Shown here: positions 32,193 through 45,098 of the stretch, piece by piece
How the letters are laid out: the number at the start of each line of letters is the position of its first letter
Numbering within the stretch: the stretch's first letter is position 1
Assembly (NCBI GenBank): GCA_012295275.1
Contig: CM022665.1
Coordinates: forward strand, 45,694,001 to 45,758,000
Length of the DNA stretch: 64,000 nucleotides
DNA from: Chrysomallon squamiferum
Taxonomy: Eukaryota > Animalia > Mollusca
Reading direction: 5' to 3'
Made by a program: the position numbers and the translations under genes
Notes under the pieces: generated by a model
What the model saw: only the letters and a program-made list of their open reading frames with translations
Database searches by the model: none
Told to the model about the DNA's origin: nothing

Positions 32193-33243
32193 CCCTGGGG
32201 CAAAAATCGGATCGGGCAGAACTCTATAATTACAGTAATAAAATGTTGTACTTTGCATTCTATATCACTAAATAATAAACTGACACATAAAAATAAAAAA
32301 TAAAGTTAATGATCTGCATCATTTAAAGTGCATCACTGTTTTACAGAAATACCGCCTGTAGACGTTGTAGATTATTATTTTATATATCCATACAAGATTT
32401 TACTATAGATGTTATAGATTATTATAGTGTCGTCGTCATCGTCGTTATCATCATCATCATCAATATCATCAACATCATCACCATCATCATTATTATTATT
32501 ATTATGACTCATGTTATTGTTATTGTTTGTTGTTGTTGTTGTTATTATTATCATTATTATTAACATTATTATTATTGTAAAACTTTGTTATTAGCAAAAT
32601 TTGGTGGCTTGAAAAATGAAACAACCACAGGATGTAAAATTAAATTACTCACGGACGCACGTGGGGACGGGCGGACAAGGCGGTACAAAACAATATGGCT
32701 GAATCATCTTGCACACGTTGCCAGGCGGGCATGGGTGAAACTGAATAAAAAAAAAAAAAAAAAAAAAAAAGATTTGAAGTTGCTATTAATTAAATTGTTT
32801 ATTCATTATTTTTATTTTATTTGTTTTGCACTGATCATCTGCAGTTTATTTTTACCGTGTTAAGATATCAACTTTATCATGCTATGTTCCTGCTACGGAG
32901 TTAGCAGCTCGGCTAAGCCTCGCTGGAAATGGGCATTGTTACCTTCGCTAAGCAAAACAGATATCTTAAGTAATTAACAAGTTAATCTATCTATCAATCT
33001 ATCTATCTGCATCTATATATATGTAGAAATATATATTGATAGATAGATAGACAGACAGAGATAGACAGATAAATAGAGCGACAGACAGACAGACAGACAG
33101 ACAGAGATAGATAGATAGATAGATACATATACACACACACATACACACACGCACACAAACATACATAAATACACAGATAAATGTATGTCGTAAATATAGC
33201 TAACTATATATGCACATAAACATACCATATGTAAAAAAATATA

Positions 33244-33278
<35 letters not shown>

Positions 33279-33996
33279 TTAACTTACGAGACAGGAAAAT
33301 TCTGCCTGCACTGACACCAACAAAAATGCACCAATGACCTGAAATGAAAATAACATCATTTAATAAAATTTATCTTATCTTTAACAGCGACATAGAAATA
33401 CCTTTATAATTAGAAATTCTGAATGTTTTCTGCAACATTTATTTATTTTACGGTAATTTGTTTATCGTATTAATATGTTTATTTTTGCTCAGATGTTGTT
33501 GTTCTTTTGTTGTTGTTGGTTTCAAAGACCAGTGTAAAATGGATAGTATTAATATTCATTTAAATGTGGGAAGATGATATTTTTTTCAGGATTATTGCAA
33601 AAAATAACCCACAATAACACTAACTACACCTGCATTATTTAACACATACTTAAACTCTCTTTCTTTCTCTCTCTCTCGCTCACTCTCTCATTCTCTCTTT
33701 CTCAAACTCCATCTCTCTCTCTCTCTGACGCTCTCTCTTTCTCTCTCTCTCTCTCTCTCTTCCTCTTTTTTCTTTCTGTTTCTCAGTCTTTCTCAATAAA
33801 CTCTCTTTCTTTCTCTCTCTCAAACTCCATCTCTCTCTGTCTCTCTCTTTTTTCTCTCATTCTCTTCCTCTCATTTTTCTTTCTCGACAGCTGAAACCCG
33901 TGCAACAGTTCAACATTCAAAGACACACACGCGCATGCACACAAACACTCTCTCGCATAATCTAAACACAAAACAGTACCATACAACACACAAACA

Positions 33997-34035
<39 letters not shown>

Positions 34036-34195
34036 TACGAAATCACGCATAAAACAATGACCCCACACACACACACACAGATTAAAGTCACTGATAAAGA
34101 CTACTACTAGATATTTATTCCAAGCTTTAAATAAAACAAAAAAAAATGAAACTTACAAAAATCAGCACAAACTCAGAAGATCTCATCTTTGCCAT
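31188..34195 (-). CDS. Secreted 6-Cys module + variant (6-Cys) WAP protein, copy H (114 aa, Tyr-rich)
   Basis: Exons 34195-34157, 33338-33288, 32740-32653, 31354-31188. MAKMRSSEFVLIFVIGAFLLVSVQAEFSCLFHPCPPGNVCKMIQPYCFVPPCPPVPTCVPIYKPGRCPYPYPWIYYNGYGQHCYHDYQCPGNQKCCYTGFWGKRCTNPTWGFTF*. Contains KPGxCP and CPGNQKCC motifs. Confidence 0.92.
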
Positions 34196-34437
34196 GCTGG
34201 AAACGTTTGGCAAGTGTCTGACTGTGTATGTCGGTGTTCACCTTTTATACTTAACTAGCCCGGATACGCGACTGTTAGTACTTTCATTATTATTATTATT
34301 ATTATTATTAGCCTCTTGGCTAATTAATTTAGTATTCATTTAAAACATGCACAGGAGGAAGGTGTTAAAAAATAATAATAATTTCAAAAAAAAAAAAAAA
34401 AAAAATAAGGGGGAAAAAATAAAAGGAGGACGGAATA

Positions 34438-34488
<51 letters not shown>

Positions 34489-34531
34489 GAATGTGCACTT
34501 TAATGATATTTACTGATATTAGGCATTGATC

Positions 34532-34564
<33 letters not shown>

Positions 34565-34901
34565 TTCCTGTGACTGTTTATACTGCACGAGTTTAATACA
34601 CATGGTTTGTACTAGTAATATATTTTTAAAAATAACAGTAGCAACAATAAAAAAACAACAACAACAACAACATCAACAACCATAATAATAATAATAATAA
34701 GAAGAAGAATAATAATAAGAATAATAATAATAATAGTAATAATAATAATAATAATAATGATGATGATGATAATAAATGTGTGAATTATGTATTTATAATG
34801 TATAATGTATGTATGAATGTATTTATCTATGTATGTAAGTATTTTTGTATATTTCTATATGTGTTTGAACAGAAAGATATGGGTGTGTCAGGTAAGTATA
34901 T

Positions 34902-35007
<106 letters not shown>

Positions 35008-35319
35008 AGTTGTAGCCTTTATCGACTCCTTCTGCTTCAGTATGTTACATATCGTAAAAGTACTTCGCTGGTACTGCCTAGTCTTGTTGATTACATGCAC
35101 TCGCTCATATTTTTCTGTATTTTACAATCTTTATTTGAATGGACATCATCCGCTTCTACTTCTCAGCACTCTCCTTTACACTCACTTTCTTATGATCCAT
35201 GGAAATTTGACCAAATACTGCACAAAACAACAGAGATGCTTCCACGGCGATGTAAGCACGTGAAGTAAACGAGTAAGACGCGGGTTGCTGGGCGGATGTT
35301 GTGTTGTTCGTTGCATATC

Positions 35320-35437
35320 TGAAGCTCGATCGTAACTCGGATTTTGGCTCGCAACTCAAAGCAAAACCTCGACCGGATGGACTCGTAACTCTAAACAACT
35401 CGTAAGTTGGAGCAGTCGCAACTCGAGGTACGACTAT
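35320..35437. mobile_element. Probable single end of a Tigger/pogo-like (Tc1-mariner) non-autonomous element
   Basis: Ends in CTCGAGGTACGACTATA (reverse complement TATAGTCGTACCTCGAG, resembling TA-CAGT.GTACCTCG termini). Subterminal TCG(C/T)AACTC repeats are present. No matching second end was found. Confidence 0.45.
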
Positions 35438-35741
35438 ATTTATATATTTATGGGGTACTATGTTTCTGCGTCGACCTAATTTTGTATCGTTTCTTCTAAA
35501 CGGTTTTTCGTCTGATTATTTCTGGATATCATTAAAAATAATGTTCAGTTTGTTGTGATTAGCTAAAAACAAACCTTTAAAACTTCCGAATCTCTATAAT
35601 CAACAACAACAACAACAACAACCGTAATAACAATAATTCATTCATTCATTCATTCATTCATTAATTTATTAATTTATAATATAAGCCTAATTAAATAGAT
35701 GATGATAATGATAATGATGATGATAATAATAATAATAATAA

Positions 35742-35772
<31 letters not shown>

Positions 35773-37166
35773 AAGAAGAAGAAAACATAAACAAACAACA
35801 TGAAAACAAAGCAGTTAACTTGATTTTTAAAAAAAGTATTTATTAATAGAACTGATGCCGTTGTAAAAACAACATTTTTGTCTTTGGTCATAATTATGTC
35901 AAATACTTACAGTGTTAATATAATACATATACTACATAAACACGCATATATAAAATATGTATAATAATACATAAAATCAAAGTTATGTATCAAAAATCAC
36001 GCGTTCTATGAACAAAGAAACTGTCGCCATTGGTCGGATGTTTATACGCTAAGAATGGAGTTATCGCCCTTGTGCCCTTCTTCCAGCATTCTCACAAATA
36101 TTTTTACTTCTGTCATCAAAAAAAAAAAAAATAAAAAAAAATAAAAATAAAAATAAAAATAAAAAATAGTACTAAGGATTGTTTATATAGAAATCGAAAA
36201 TTATTATTATTATTATTAATACTGTTGTTGTAGTTGTTGCTGTTGCAGCTGCTGCTGCAATTTTTATCGTTATCGTTATTATTTGCTTTTCGATGTTACT
36301 TCGTTCATTTATTTTTTTAATTCTTCGACAGTTATGTACATAATTAAACGACATCAAAACTTCTTTCATTTTTACTTTTTATTATTATTATTATTATTAT
36401 TATTTTTTTTTTTTTTTTTTTAGTTTTTACTTCCTTTCTACGAACATTAAAAGGAAAAAATAAATGGCTGTTTTTTTTTTTTTTTTTTTTCATAGCTACC
36501 CATAAATATCCATACTACATAATGTGTTATTTATAAAGATACAATCATTTTGGCTCAACATTATTTGCATATTTATTCCATTAATGCCAAAAAAACGATA
36601 GAGTTATATAGATTACACTGATACACAGATTTCTGTCGCGGTTAATTACTGAACATTGTAGCGTGGACGAAACGATATAGTAATGGAAATCAGTGAGTAT
36701 CGACAAATCGATAAATTAGCAGACATCTAGCCGTATCGATCAGACGACACATTTGAGTCATTTGGTGCCGTTTTTGTCAGCTTTCATTGTTTGTAATTAT
36801 TGATAGCTTACAGGATTTCTTTATTTTTATTTTTTGTTATTATTATTATTATAACTGAAATCCCCAAACATATATCGTGTTTTCATTAAATATGATTTAT
36901 CGACATTTCGATAAATAAAAGATAACTGTCAGGGTTTTATTGGAATTAGCAACAATCAAAGACCTAACTACCCGATAAAGAGATTTTTTTTTTTTTTTTA
37001 ATTTTTTTTTTTTTAATCAATAAATAACTGAGATAATTAAGGGAAAAAAAAATACATAATAATTTAAAACTTTCAGTTGGCTGTTTGTATAAAATGTGAA
37101 ATATAAAATGAAATATATTTTATATTCATGCTGATATCTTTCATCCATATTTGTTGTTTCTCAATA

Positions 37167-37198
<32 letters not shown>

Positions 37199-37388
37199 TT
37201 TTTTTTTTTTTTTTTTTAAAAACAAAAATATTAGCAACCATAAACCGGGAGGGGGGGATATTTATCAAAAAAAAAAAAAAAAAAAAGACATCAGATCAAT
37301 GCCATTAATTTATGCTGATCTGGAATTCTTAACTAATTCATTTTAGTATAGTCAGTTTTACAGCTCCATAAACATCAAAGGAAAATAA

Positions 37389-37477
<89 letters not shown>

Positions 37478-37934
37478 TCAAAATGTACATAATATTATGA
37501 CGTGCGAATTCGTATGTCTGGAAAACAGACAGAGAAATTTTTTCCAGTGATTTGTTATTGATAATAATAAAATAATTTTTAATAATAATAATAATAATAA
37601 TCACATTATCATCACCACCATCATCATCATCATCAACACTACCATCGTATTCGTCATCAACATCATCATAATCGTAATTGTAATCCATAAAATAAATAGT
37701 ATTTAAAACACCAGCAAGATTTGTGTTTGAAAAACCATTAAAGATGGTGTTTATCTCCATTTTAATCACGAAAATATCTGTAACCAAAATATCCTTAAAA
37801 CATTTGAAATGACTCAGACTCTCAAATAATAATATACATCGGTCATATCAACAGTTGGTCTTGTTTATTGTTTAACATGTCGGGTATAAATGCAGTTGCT
37901 GTTGTCGTAGTTGCTGATGTCGTAGCTGCTGTTG

Positions 37935-38903
37935 TTAAGTATCGTCACTGTCGACATCTGAATCGTTATTGTCGTCACCACTGACGTCACTGTCGCCATG
38001 GCTACTGTTTGAATCTTTAACATCATCATCATCATCACTGTGACTGCTGCTTTTACTACTGCTGTTGTCGCTGTCGTTTTCTGTGCTGGAGCGTCCTGCA
38101 GACCTAGCCTTGTCACTGATACTCCGAGTATCAACGACATCATCATCACTGTCGTCATCATTATCTTCTTCGTCCACGGAAGCAGTTTTGGAAAGTTCAT
38201 CATCCTTATTGGAATCTAAATTGTCATCATCACTACCATCATTATCTGAATGAGATTCCTTATCATCATCAGCAACATCATCTAGGTTTTCTTCAGCATC
38301 AGATTCAATATTGTCATCTTCCTTATCATCATCATCATCATCATCATCATCATTATTTGAATCGGAGTGATCATTTTTAACGTCGCTGTTGTCTGATTCA
38401 GAAATATTGGCCTCCTTTTCGTCAGCACTGTTTTCTACGTCAGAATCTGCACTGTTTTCTTGGTCAACAACAGTATCAGAGTCATCACTGATTTCCTTGT
38501 CACCGTCATCATCGTCTTCGTCATTGTTCTCTGATTCCGTCTCCTCCTTGTCAATATCAGAGTCCAAATCCTCATCGTTGTTTTTTGTATCAGAGTTTCT
38601 AGAATCTTCTGAAACGCCGTCAGAGTTCTCGACTTCTCTTTCGCTCTCATCCGTGTTAGAATCATCACCTCTGTCCTCGTCGGCTTCTTCGTCAGAATTG
38701 TCTTTGTTCTCGGAATCGGAATACTGTTGGTCCTCTCCCCGGACTTCATCGTTATCAGAATCGTCATCGTCGTTAGTACGAGAATCAGAGAAGTCCTCGT
38801 TACTCGCGTCAGAATCAGAAACCTCACTGACCTCAGAACCAGTCGCTGTAACTGGATTCGCCGCCGTCTTCTTCTTCTTCTTCTTCCTCGTCACTGACTT
38901 CAC
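37935..38903 (-). CDS. Asp/Ser/Glu-rich acidic (DSPP-like low-complexity) segment, probable C-terminus of the upstream ORF
   Basis: 322 open codons with varied codon use, so not a pure SSR. It begins with GTG overlapping the upstream TGA and continues the Lys-rich tract (RKKKKKK) of the upstream frame. Confidence 0.75.
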   Translation of the reverse strand: MKSVTRKKKKKKTAANPVTATGSEVSEVSDSDASNEDFSDSRTNDDDDSDNDEVRGEDQQYSDSENKDNSDEEADEDRGDDSNTDESEREVENSDGVSEDSRNSDTKNNDEDLDSDIDKEETESENNDEDDDDGDKEISDDSDTVVDQENSADSDVENSADEKEANISESDNSDVKNDHSDSNNDDDDDDDDDKEDDNIESDAEENLDDVADDDKESHSDNDGSDDDNLDSNKDDELSKTASVDEEDNDDDSDDDVVDTRSISDKARSAGRSSTENDSDNSSSKSSSHSDDDDDVKDSNSSHGDSDVSGDDNNDSDVDSDDT

Positions 38904-40969
38904 CTTTTCATCCTAGACGTCTTTTTAGACGTCTTGTTTCGTTTCGCGTTTTTCTTACCAGTCTTTTTACTGTTTCTTTTTGTTTTGTCTTTCACGTTCT
39001 CGCCTAAATTTACTTCGGTATGTCTACGCACTTTTCTTTTGTTATCTGTACGTTCGTTACTGTCATTTCTGCATTTGTTTGTCGAAGAAACGCGGCTGCC
39101 TGTTGATCTTTGTTTGCTGTCTTTTCTCCTCTGACTTTTACCAGACTGCGACAACGAATCTTCGGACGCGGTTGCCATGGTATCCGATGACGGGCTTCGC
39201 TCTGTTCGAGGAGATTCTTCCGTCCCGTTGCTGCTGAAATCGGTTTCGCCTTCCTCGTCTGACAGCAAACCCAACGAAACCGTGGACTCTTCAGTGAGAG
39301 AGTCGTCACTCTGTTCGTTCTTTTCACTCGAAACTGCTTCTCGCTGGAAACTGCGCTCGCTCGTAGACGCGTCGCCTTCCCTCGAGCTGCTCCGTCTCTC
39401 GAACAGATGACGTATTCCTTCTTCTGCAACCGGTGAAACAGAACTCTGCTGCCTCGGCGGTTCCTTGTGTCGAAACTTTCGTCCAGAAGAAACGTCGCCG
39501 TTTGTTGTTGACGACGTCCTGGAGAAATCAGCGTGTGTGTACTTAAATTTCGCTCTGTTTCGCTTACAGTTTCTCTCTGAGGAATCAGAATGGTCAAAAC
39601 TTTCCTTTTTGTCGAAATGCACCGCGCTGTGTGAAGACACATTTCTCCTGTTCAGGTCAGGCATGCTGTTGTTATTAACATTCACAGTGTAGCCATTTTC
39701 CATGCTATTGTTATTTTCTGAATATACATTCGACGCTGACGTTCTTGAATCGGCAACAGCAGGAGCAGCAGCACCAGCAGCACCACCACCACGGTCGTGA
39801 GGCGAGAAGTTCACGCTGCTCACTAAAGAAACGTCGCACACGCCTTCGGTGTCGTCGTACACCGCTACGAGACTGTCAGATTTAAACCTCTGCTCACCGC
39901 CTGGAACGTCGCACGGCGTGGTTTCTGAGTCGCGACCTTTCTTCTCCGTCCACGCCTCTGTCCTCGCCGCCACGTCGTCACCGTGGACTATTTTGTAGAT
40001 CGGCTGGTTTCTCGCCAGCGCCATGTGCATCACAAACCGCGCGTCTTTCTTCACCATCGGCCTCTGTTTGAGGCTCTTTCTGGCGGACGAGTCCTTTCGG
40101 ACGTTCATCCTCTCCAGATAGTCCCTGGACACGAGGCAGGCTCTGAAGCAGCCTTTGCACTTGTACGGGCAGCCCGCGCTGTGCTTCAGCTCGCTGTCCT
40201 CGCTGTAAAGCAGCGGACGCAGCATCGAGCCTTTGTAGCTCTGAGCGCTGTCCGCGTTCTCCCAGTCTGAGTCACAACACGACGCCAGCATTTTTCTGTG
40301 GTACGCCGACTTCGCCCTCCAGTACAGAGCGGGCCCGCGCCTCGTTACCGACGTTCCCCTGGCGACGTTCGGCGGGGCAGACTTTGCTCGCTTCGCGAAA
40401 ACGTTTCTCCCGTCTTTCGAAACGAGGTTCGAGTGCGGCCGGTTGCCTGCTGTGACGTCACGTTTCGCGCCGTCCTCGCAGGTCGTTTGGTGATTTGACT
40501 TTTTCAGGTCAAACGACCTGATGGTCAGTTCCAGATTCGGCTGTCCGTGATTGTCGCTCTGTCTCTGCAACACCGGACGTCTGAAGCATCTGTCCGAATA
40601 CGAGGTGTGCGGACGTCCGGCTGACGTCAGACGGCTCCCGGTTCTGTGTTTGTTCACGTCGCTCACCACGTTCCTGACGTCGTCTTCTTCTTCCTCTTCG
40701 GTCCCGTTCCCAGGTTTTTTCTTTAAACTGATCCCGTGAATCACCTCGTCCCGCTTTAACCCTTTCGGCGCCGGGTGGTGTCGAATGATCATCACACTCC
40801 CCGAGCTCTTCGGTCTCTGCGGAATCTGTTCTTTGTCCTCCTGGCTCAGTCTCACACCCACGGGACTGAGCCACGAGTTGGCGTTCACGCCGTTGAAGAT
40901 GACGTACGGCTTTCCGTCGGTGCCCGTGACGCGGAACTTGAACAGAACCTCGTTGTTTTCTGAGTTCAT
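38900..40969 (-). CDS. Uncharacterised intronless Ser/Arg-rich protein, N-terminal 689 codons (likely continues via a frameshift into the acidic ORF)
   Basis: 2 kb open frame, GC-rich relative to its surroundings and not microsatellite-derived. In-frame TAA just upstream and AAAACGATG start context. Repeated R-[PA]-x-[ST] motifs, an H-x3-C-x3-C-x2-C-x3-C cluster and a Lys-rich end. No signal peptide. Confidence 0.8.
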   Translation of the reverse strand: MNSENNEVLFKFRVTGTDGKPYVIFNGVNANSWLSPVGVRLSQEDKEQIPQRPKSSGSVMIIRHHPAPKGLKRDEVIHGISLKKKPGNGTEEEEEDDVRNVVSDVNKHRTGSRLTSAGRPHTSYSDRCFRRPVLQRQSDNHGQPNLELTIRSFDLKKSNHQTTCEDGAKRDVTAGNRPHSNLVSKDGRNVFAKRAKSAPPNVARGTSVTRRGPALYWRAKSAYHRKMLASCCDSDWENADSAQSYKGSMLRPLLYSEDSELKHSAGCPYKCKGCFRACLVSRDYLERMNVRKDSSARKSLKQRPMVKKDARFVMHMALARNQPIYKIVHGDDVAARTEAWTEKKGRDSETTPCDVPGGEQRFKSDSLVAVYDDTEGVCDVSLVSSVNFSPHDRGGGAAGAAAPAVADSRTSASNVYSENNNSMENGYTVNVNNNSMPDLNRRNVSSHSAVHFDKKESFDHSDSSERNCKRNRAKFKYTHADFSRTSSTTNGDVSSGRKFRHKEPPRQQSSVSPVAEEGIRHLFERRSSSREGDASTSERSFQREAVSSEKNEQSDDSLTEESTVSLGLLSDEEGETDFSSNGTEESPRTERSPSSDTMATASEDSLSQSGKSQRRKDSKQRSTGSRVSSTNKCRNDSNERTDNKRKVRRHTEVNLGENVKDKTKRNSKKTGKKNAKRNKTSKKTSRMKR

Positions 40970-42008
40970 CGTTTTTTAAGTAGCTTGTAGTAAGTCCAAA
41001 CTGCAAGAGTTTTTTCACGTTTATGTCTGTGTCAAAATTTCTGTTTTTTCTAAACGTTACTTATAAAAAAAATTCTTTGCTTTCAGTAGAAATAATATTT
41101 TTCTTTAAACAATAGAATTGTTTTTTTTTTTTGTTTGTTTTTGTTTTTGTTTTTTATCTCTACAGAGATTTCCGTTTACTCCTGATAATTAAAAATTGTT
41201 CAGTCTCTAACTTAACTGCGTAGTAATCAATTTTGTCTTTGTCTGAATTTTCTCCTGTTCGTTTGACACGGTAATTCACTGTTTATACTGGATTTAGACT
41301 GTTCTCAGTCCGCCAGAACCGCAGAATTAACTTTATCCAGTTAACTTTATTAATAGAAAATTAGATTATACAAAACCTGATTGTCTTCAGAAAATGTCAT
41401 CCAAAATTTGTTATCTTTTCACCGCTAAGAAATCTGTTACATAATTACGTTGTCCATCTCCATGCTTCTGAGTGGGTTCTTTTATAAGAATTTTCTCTGA
41501 CTGTTACCAATTCTTGAATAGGTTTTGTCCACACAAAATAATCCATAACAGAGAACGTCATCTTGTACTGTTTTGCTGGATCCCAAACCATTAAATGTTT
41601 TTTTTTGTTGTTGTTGCCGTTGCTGTTGTATTTTTTTTTTTTTTTGGTCTAAATTCCTAAAAGAAAATATTTGAACAAAATATGAATATTTTCCAAACCA
41701 CTATCTAATCATTCCAAGTCGAAAAAAAAATAATTATATTCTTTGTCACGCGTAAACATGCGATGCACCCAACAACTACAACAGCCACGACGACTTTAAA
41801 TGAAACGTTGTTGTGAGAAACGACGTCATCCACACACAGCGAGCTCCTTGGCAACGCGGCACCCGTCAGTTTGATTTTTCGACTAATAACGCCGTGTATA
41901 GAAAAATATTTATAAATTCTCGTTTGTTGTTTTCGACAGCTTTCCTAACGAGAAATGGTCTGCGTTTTATTAGCCTATTCGATCGAGTTAAAGCTCTGGG
42001 ATTTTTTT

Positions 42009-42066
<58 letters not shown>

Positions 42067-42439
42067 CAGCACCCGATATTCCGAAAAGCAGTTAGTTTAT
42101 TTAGGCCGCGGACTTTGCGGCAAACAAGGATGTGAATAAACAGTTTTCAATAAAGCCGTTACTACCGGTGTTTTTTTTTTTTTGACAATCTCTTCATGCG
42201 TGCTTTAATTATCCGAGCTGCCGTGTGTGGTAAAAAAAAAGAAAAAAAAGAAGAAAAAAAAAGAAAAAAGCACAAAGAGACTGAACCATTATTTTTGATG
42301 GCAAATCGATCGTTCGTTTGCTGATCGCAATTTAATGAGTTTGGTTCCACGTGGAAATTACGACAGCGTTCCAGCTTGACCCCGAGAAAGTTTATTTATT
42401 TATTTACGTATTTATTTATTTATTTATTTACGTATTTAC

Positions 42440-42502
<63 letters not shown>

Positions 42503-43911
42503 TTAACTTATTCATTCATTCATTCATTCATTCATTCAAGCATCCATTCATTTGCGTGGATCAATAAAATGATTTTCTTTATATCCGAAAGTGTACAAAA
42601 ATAAAAAACCTTCAAAGAAGCAAACAAATAAATAAATAAATTAATTAATTAATTAATAAAAAACAACAACAAATAAATGAATATTCATAATCAATAGTCC
42701 GTATTGAAGCGATAGCTGATATTTTCTACAATTTTTTTTATTGAATACTGAGAAAAGAAAAAAATATATATTATACTATATTTTCCGAATGATACGATCG
42801 ACATCTTTTTAAATAAAACCATATTAGATATATTTGGGCATAGTTTTTGTTTATATTTATATTTCACTATTTATTTATTTATTTATTTATTTATTTTATT
42901 TTATTTTATTTTATTTTATTTATTTTATTTTATTTATTTATTTTATTTTATTTTATTTTATTTTATTTAATTTATTTATTTATTTATTTTATTTTATTTA
43001 TTTATTTATTTATTTATTTTTTTTATTTATTTATTTTATTTATTTTATTTATTTTATTTACATATTTATTTCCCATTAACATTATTCGTTTTAGCTTCGC
43101 ACATGCGTAGTACTAACATGCATTCAGGAACTCAAACATTCACAAAACACCCGAGGCAGGCAAAGATGTTTCTCAAAATACAAACAAAAAGAAGTAAGTA
43201 TGATAAGTATAGATGTTTGTGTATGTGAATGAAAGGGCGTGTCGGGCGGAGGGTAGTAGAACGTGCTTGTTCTCGAGGGGTGGGGGTGGATGTTGCACGG
43301 TTGCTATGGGGCCGTTCTTAGCTCTTGGGGTCCGGCCACAAAGTACCAGCTGCACCCCCCCCCCTCTGATTAGGCCCCGTCTACTACTGTATTTACTTAT
43401 TTACTTATCAAACTAATTTTCTTACTTACCGTAGAACTATTTAAATGTTTTCAAAACGTTAAGTTTTTTTTGTTTTTTAAAAACAGTAATTACGTAAAAC
43501 AAATGTGATTTCTGACGTTATTTGAACGTTGTATGAATGGTTTGACATTACTGTACTGAAATGTATTTTTTTTTTTCGGAAAATTCTCTCTCTCGTTACT
43601 TTTATCTGTATTTCTTTACTGATGTTTTGTAAGTCGTACTGATTATTACTGACATTTTTTTCTGTATTATTTTATTTTTCAGTATCACTGTATGATATTT
43701 TAACTTTCCCCTGTTACTGCGTACAATAGTTATTAACAATATTACAGTTTATCAGTGGTGCTATTTTCATTATAGTATTGTTATTTTTCAGCAGCGAAGT
43801 ATAGCACTGTTATTTTTCAGTATTAATCTATTGTTGGTAGATACTTATAAATCTGAATGGATGGAAGAATTGACACCATTAATTAATTTCTTGTGTTATA
43901 AATAATTAGAT

Positions 43912-44193
43912 CAGTGGTGTGCAGAGAGGGGGGGGAGGTAGCCGAAGGGGCGGTGGCCCTTGGGCATCCAGATGGGGGTGGGGTGGGGGAGGCATCCAGT
44001 CAGAGAAAAGAACTTAATAAATTTGGTTGATTTACATTTAAATCGAATAAAGTGTTTTGTTTTATGTTTCATCTGTGTATACGTAATCTTCCTTTCTCAT
44101 AATATTTCTCAGTAATAGAACTTATACTTGAGTCTCTGGGGCGTACAATGAAGGAGTTGGCCCCGGGCATCACCAGACCTCTGCACGCCACTG
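43912..44193. mobile_element. Non-autonomous hAT-like MITE (282 bp)
   Basis: 15-bp TIRs CAGTGGTGTGCAGAG / CTCTGCACGCCACTG (14/15 match). Flanked by a near-perfect 8-bp TSD AATTAGAT (43904-43911) / AATCAGAT (44194-44201). Internal GGCCC(T/C)(T/G)GG(G)CATC motif near both ends. Confidence 0.85.
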
Positions 44194-44524
44194 AATCAGA
44201 TGTAATGTTACTGGTGACTGTCAGTGCTCTGTACGTGTCAATGTTCTGTGATTTGATTCGTTTTGTCAAGTGATAAAAAATCGTTCACACTATTTAAATT
44301 AAAGCAGTAAATAAAAAAAACCACAAATGTCTGTCATATTTATAGTAACTTTGAACGTGCGGCGTCAGTTATACATCTACAATAAATACCATCACTGCTG
44401 CTGCTACTACTACTACTACCACTACTACTACCACAACTTAGTCTACTACTTCTGCTACTACTACTACTAAATCCATTAGTGCTACTGATATTACTATTAC
44501 TACAACTACTACTATTACTACTAC

Positions 44525-44562
<38 letters not shown>

Positions 44563-44969
44563 GCAACAATAACAACTACAACAACCACAATAATAATAAT
44601 AATATCTATGTATGTATGTATGTTCGAGAGACCACGTTTTTTCAGTGAACAAGGGAAGCAATCCATGGTGTCTTAATTCAAACATTTTGTTTTACGTAGG
44701 TTATTTCCCCTTTCCAGTTTCAATTTTAAAAAAAAAAAAAATCTTTGATGGATTGCTAGAATTATGATTTCACTTTATTATCGTGAAAGGTTGGTGCCCT
44801 TTAGAGCAGTTACTGCTAGTATAAAATGTATAGCTTAATATCACGACAAATACACCAACTAATTATAAATACAATTCCTGTAAATGTTGTGGAACATGAA
44901 AGTAATGGTAGTTTAGATGTTTCAAGCACCAGTATCGTATATGCATCGTAACTGTTGTAATATAATGAG

Positions 44970-45039
44970 TGTTAATATATATTTAGACATTAAATTCTGC
45001 ATATGCACACATACATACACCTCTCATATATATATATAT

Positions 45040-45098
<59 letters not shown>

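Noticed and set aside
38895-38912. Programmed -1 ribosomal frameshift at the ORF junction
   Set aside because: No canonical slippery heptamer or evident downstream structure. A homopolymer indel error is simpler, given similar indels in copy E.
38065-41018. Antisense and alternative-frame ORFs over the large gene
   Set aside because: Shadows of a GC-richer, low-complexity coding strand.
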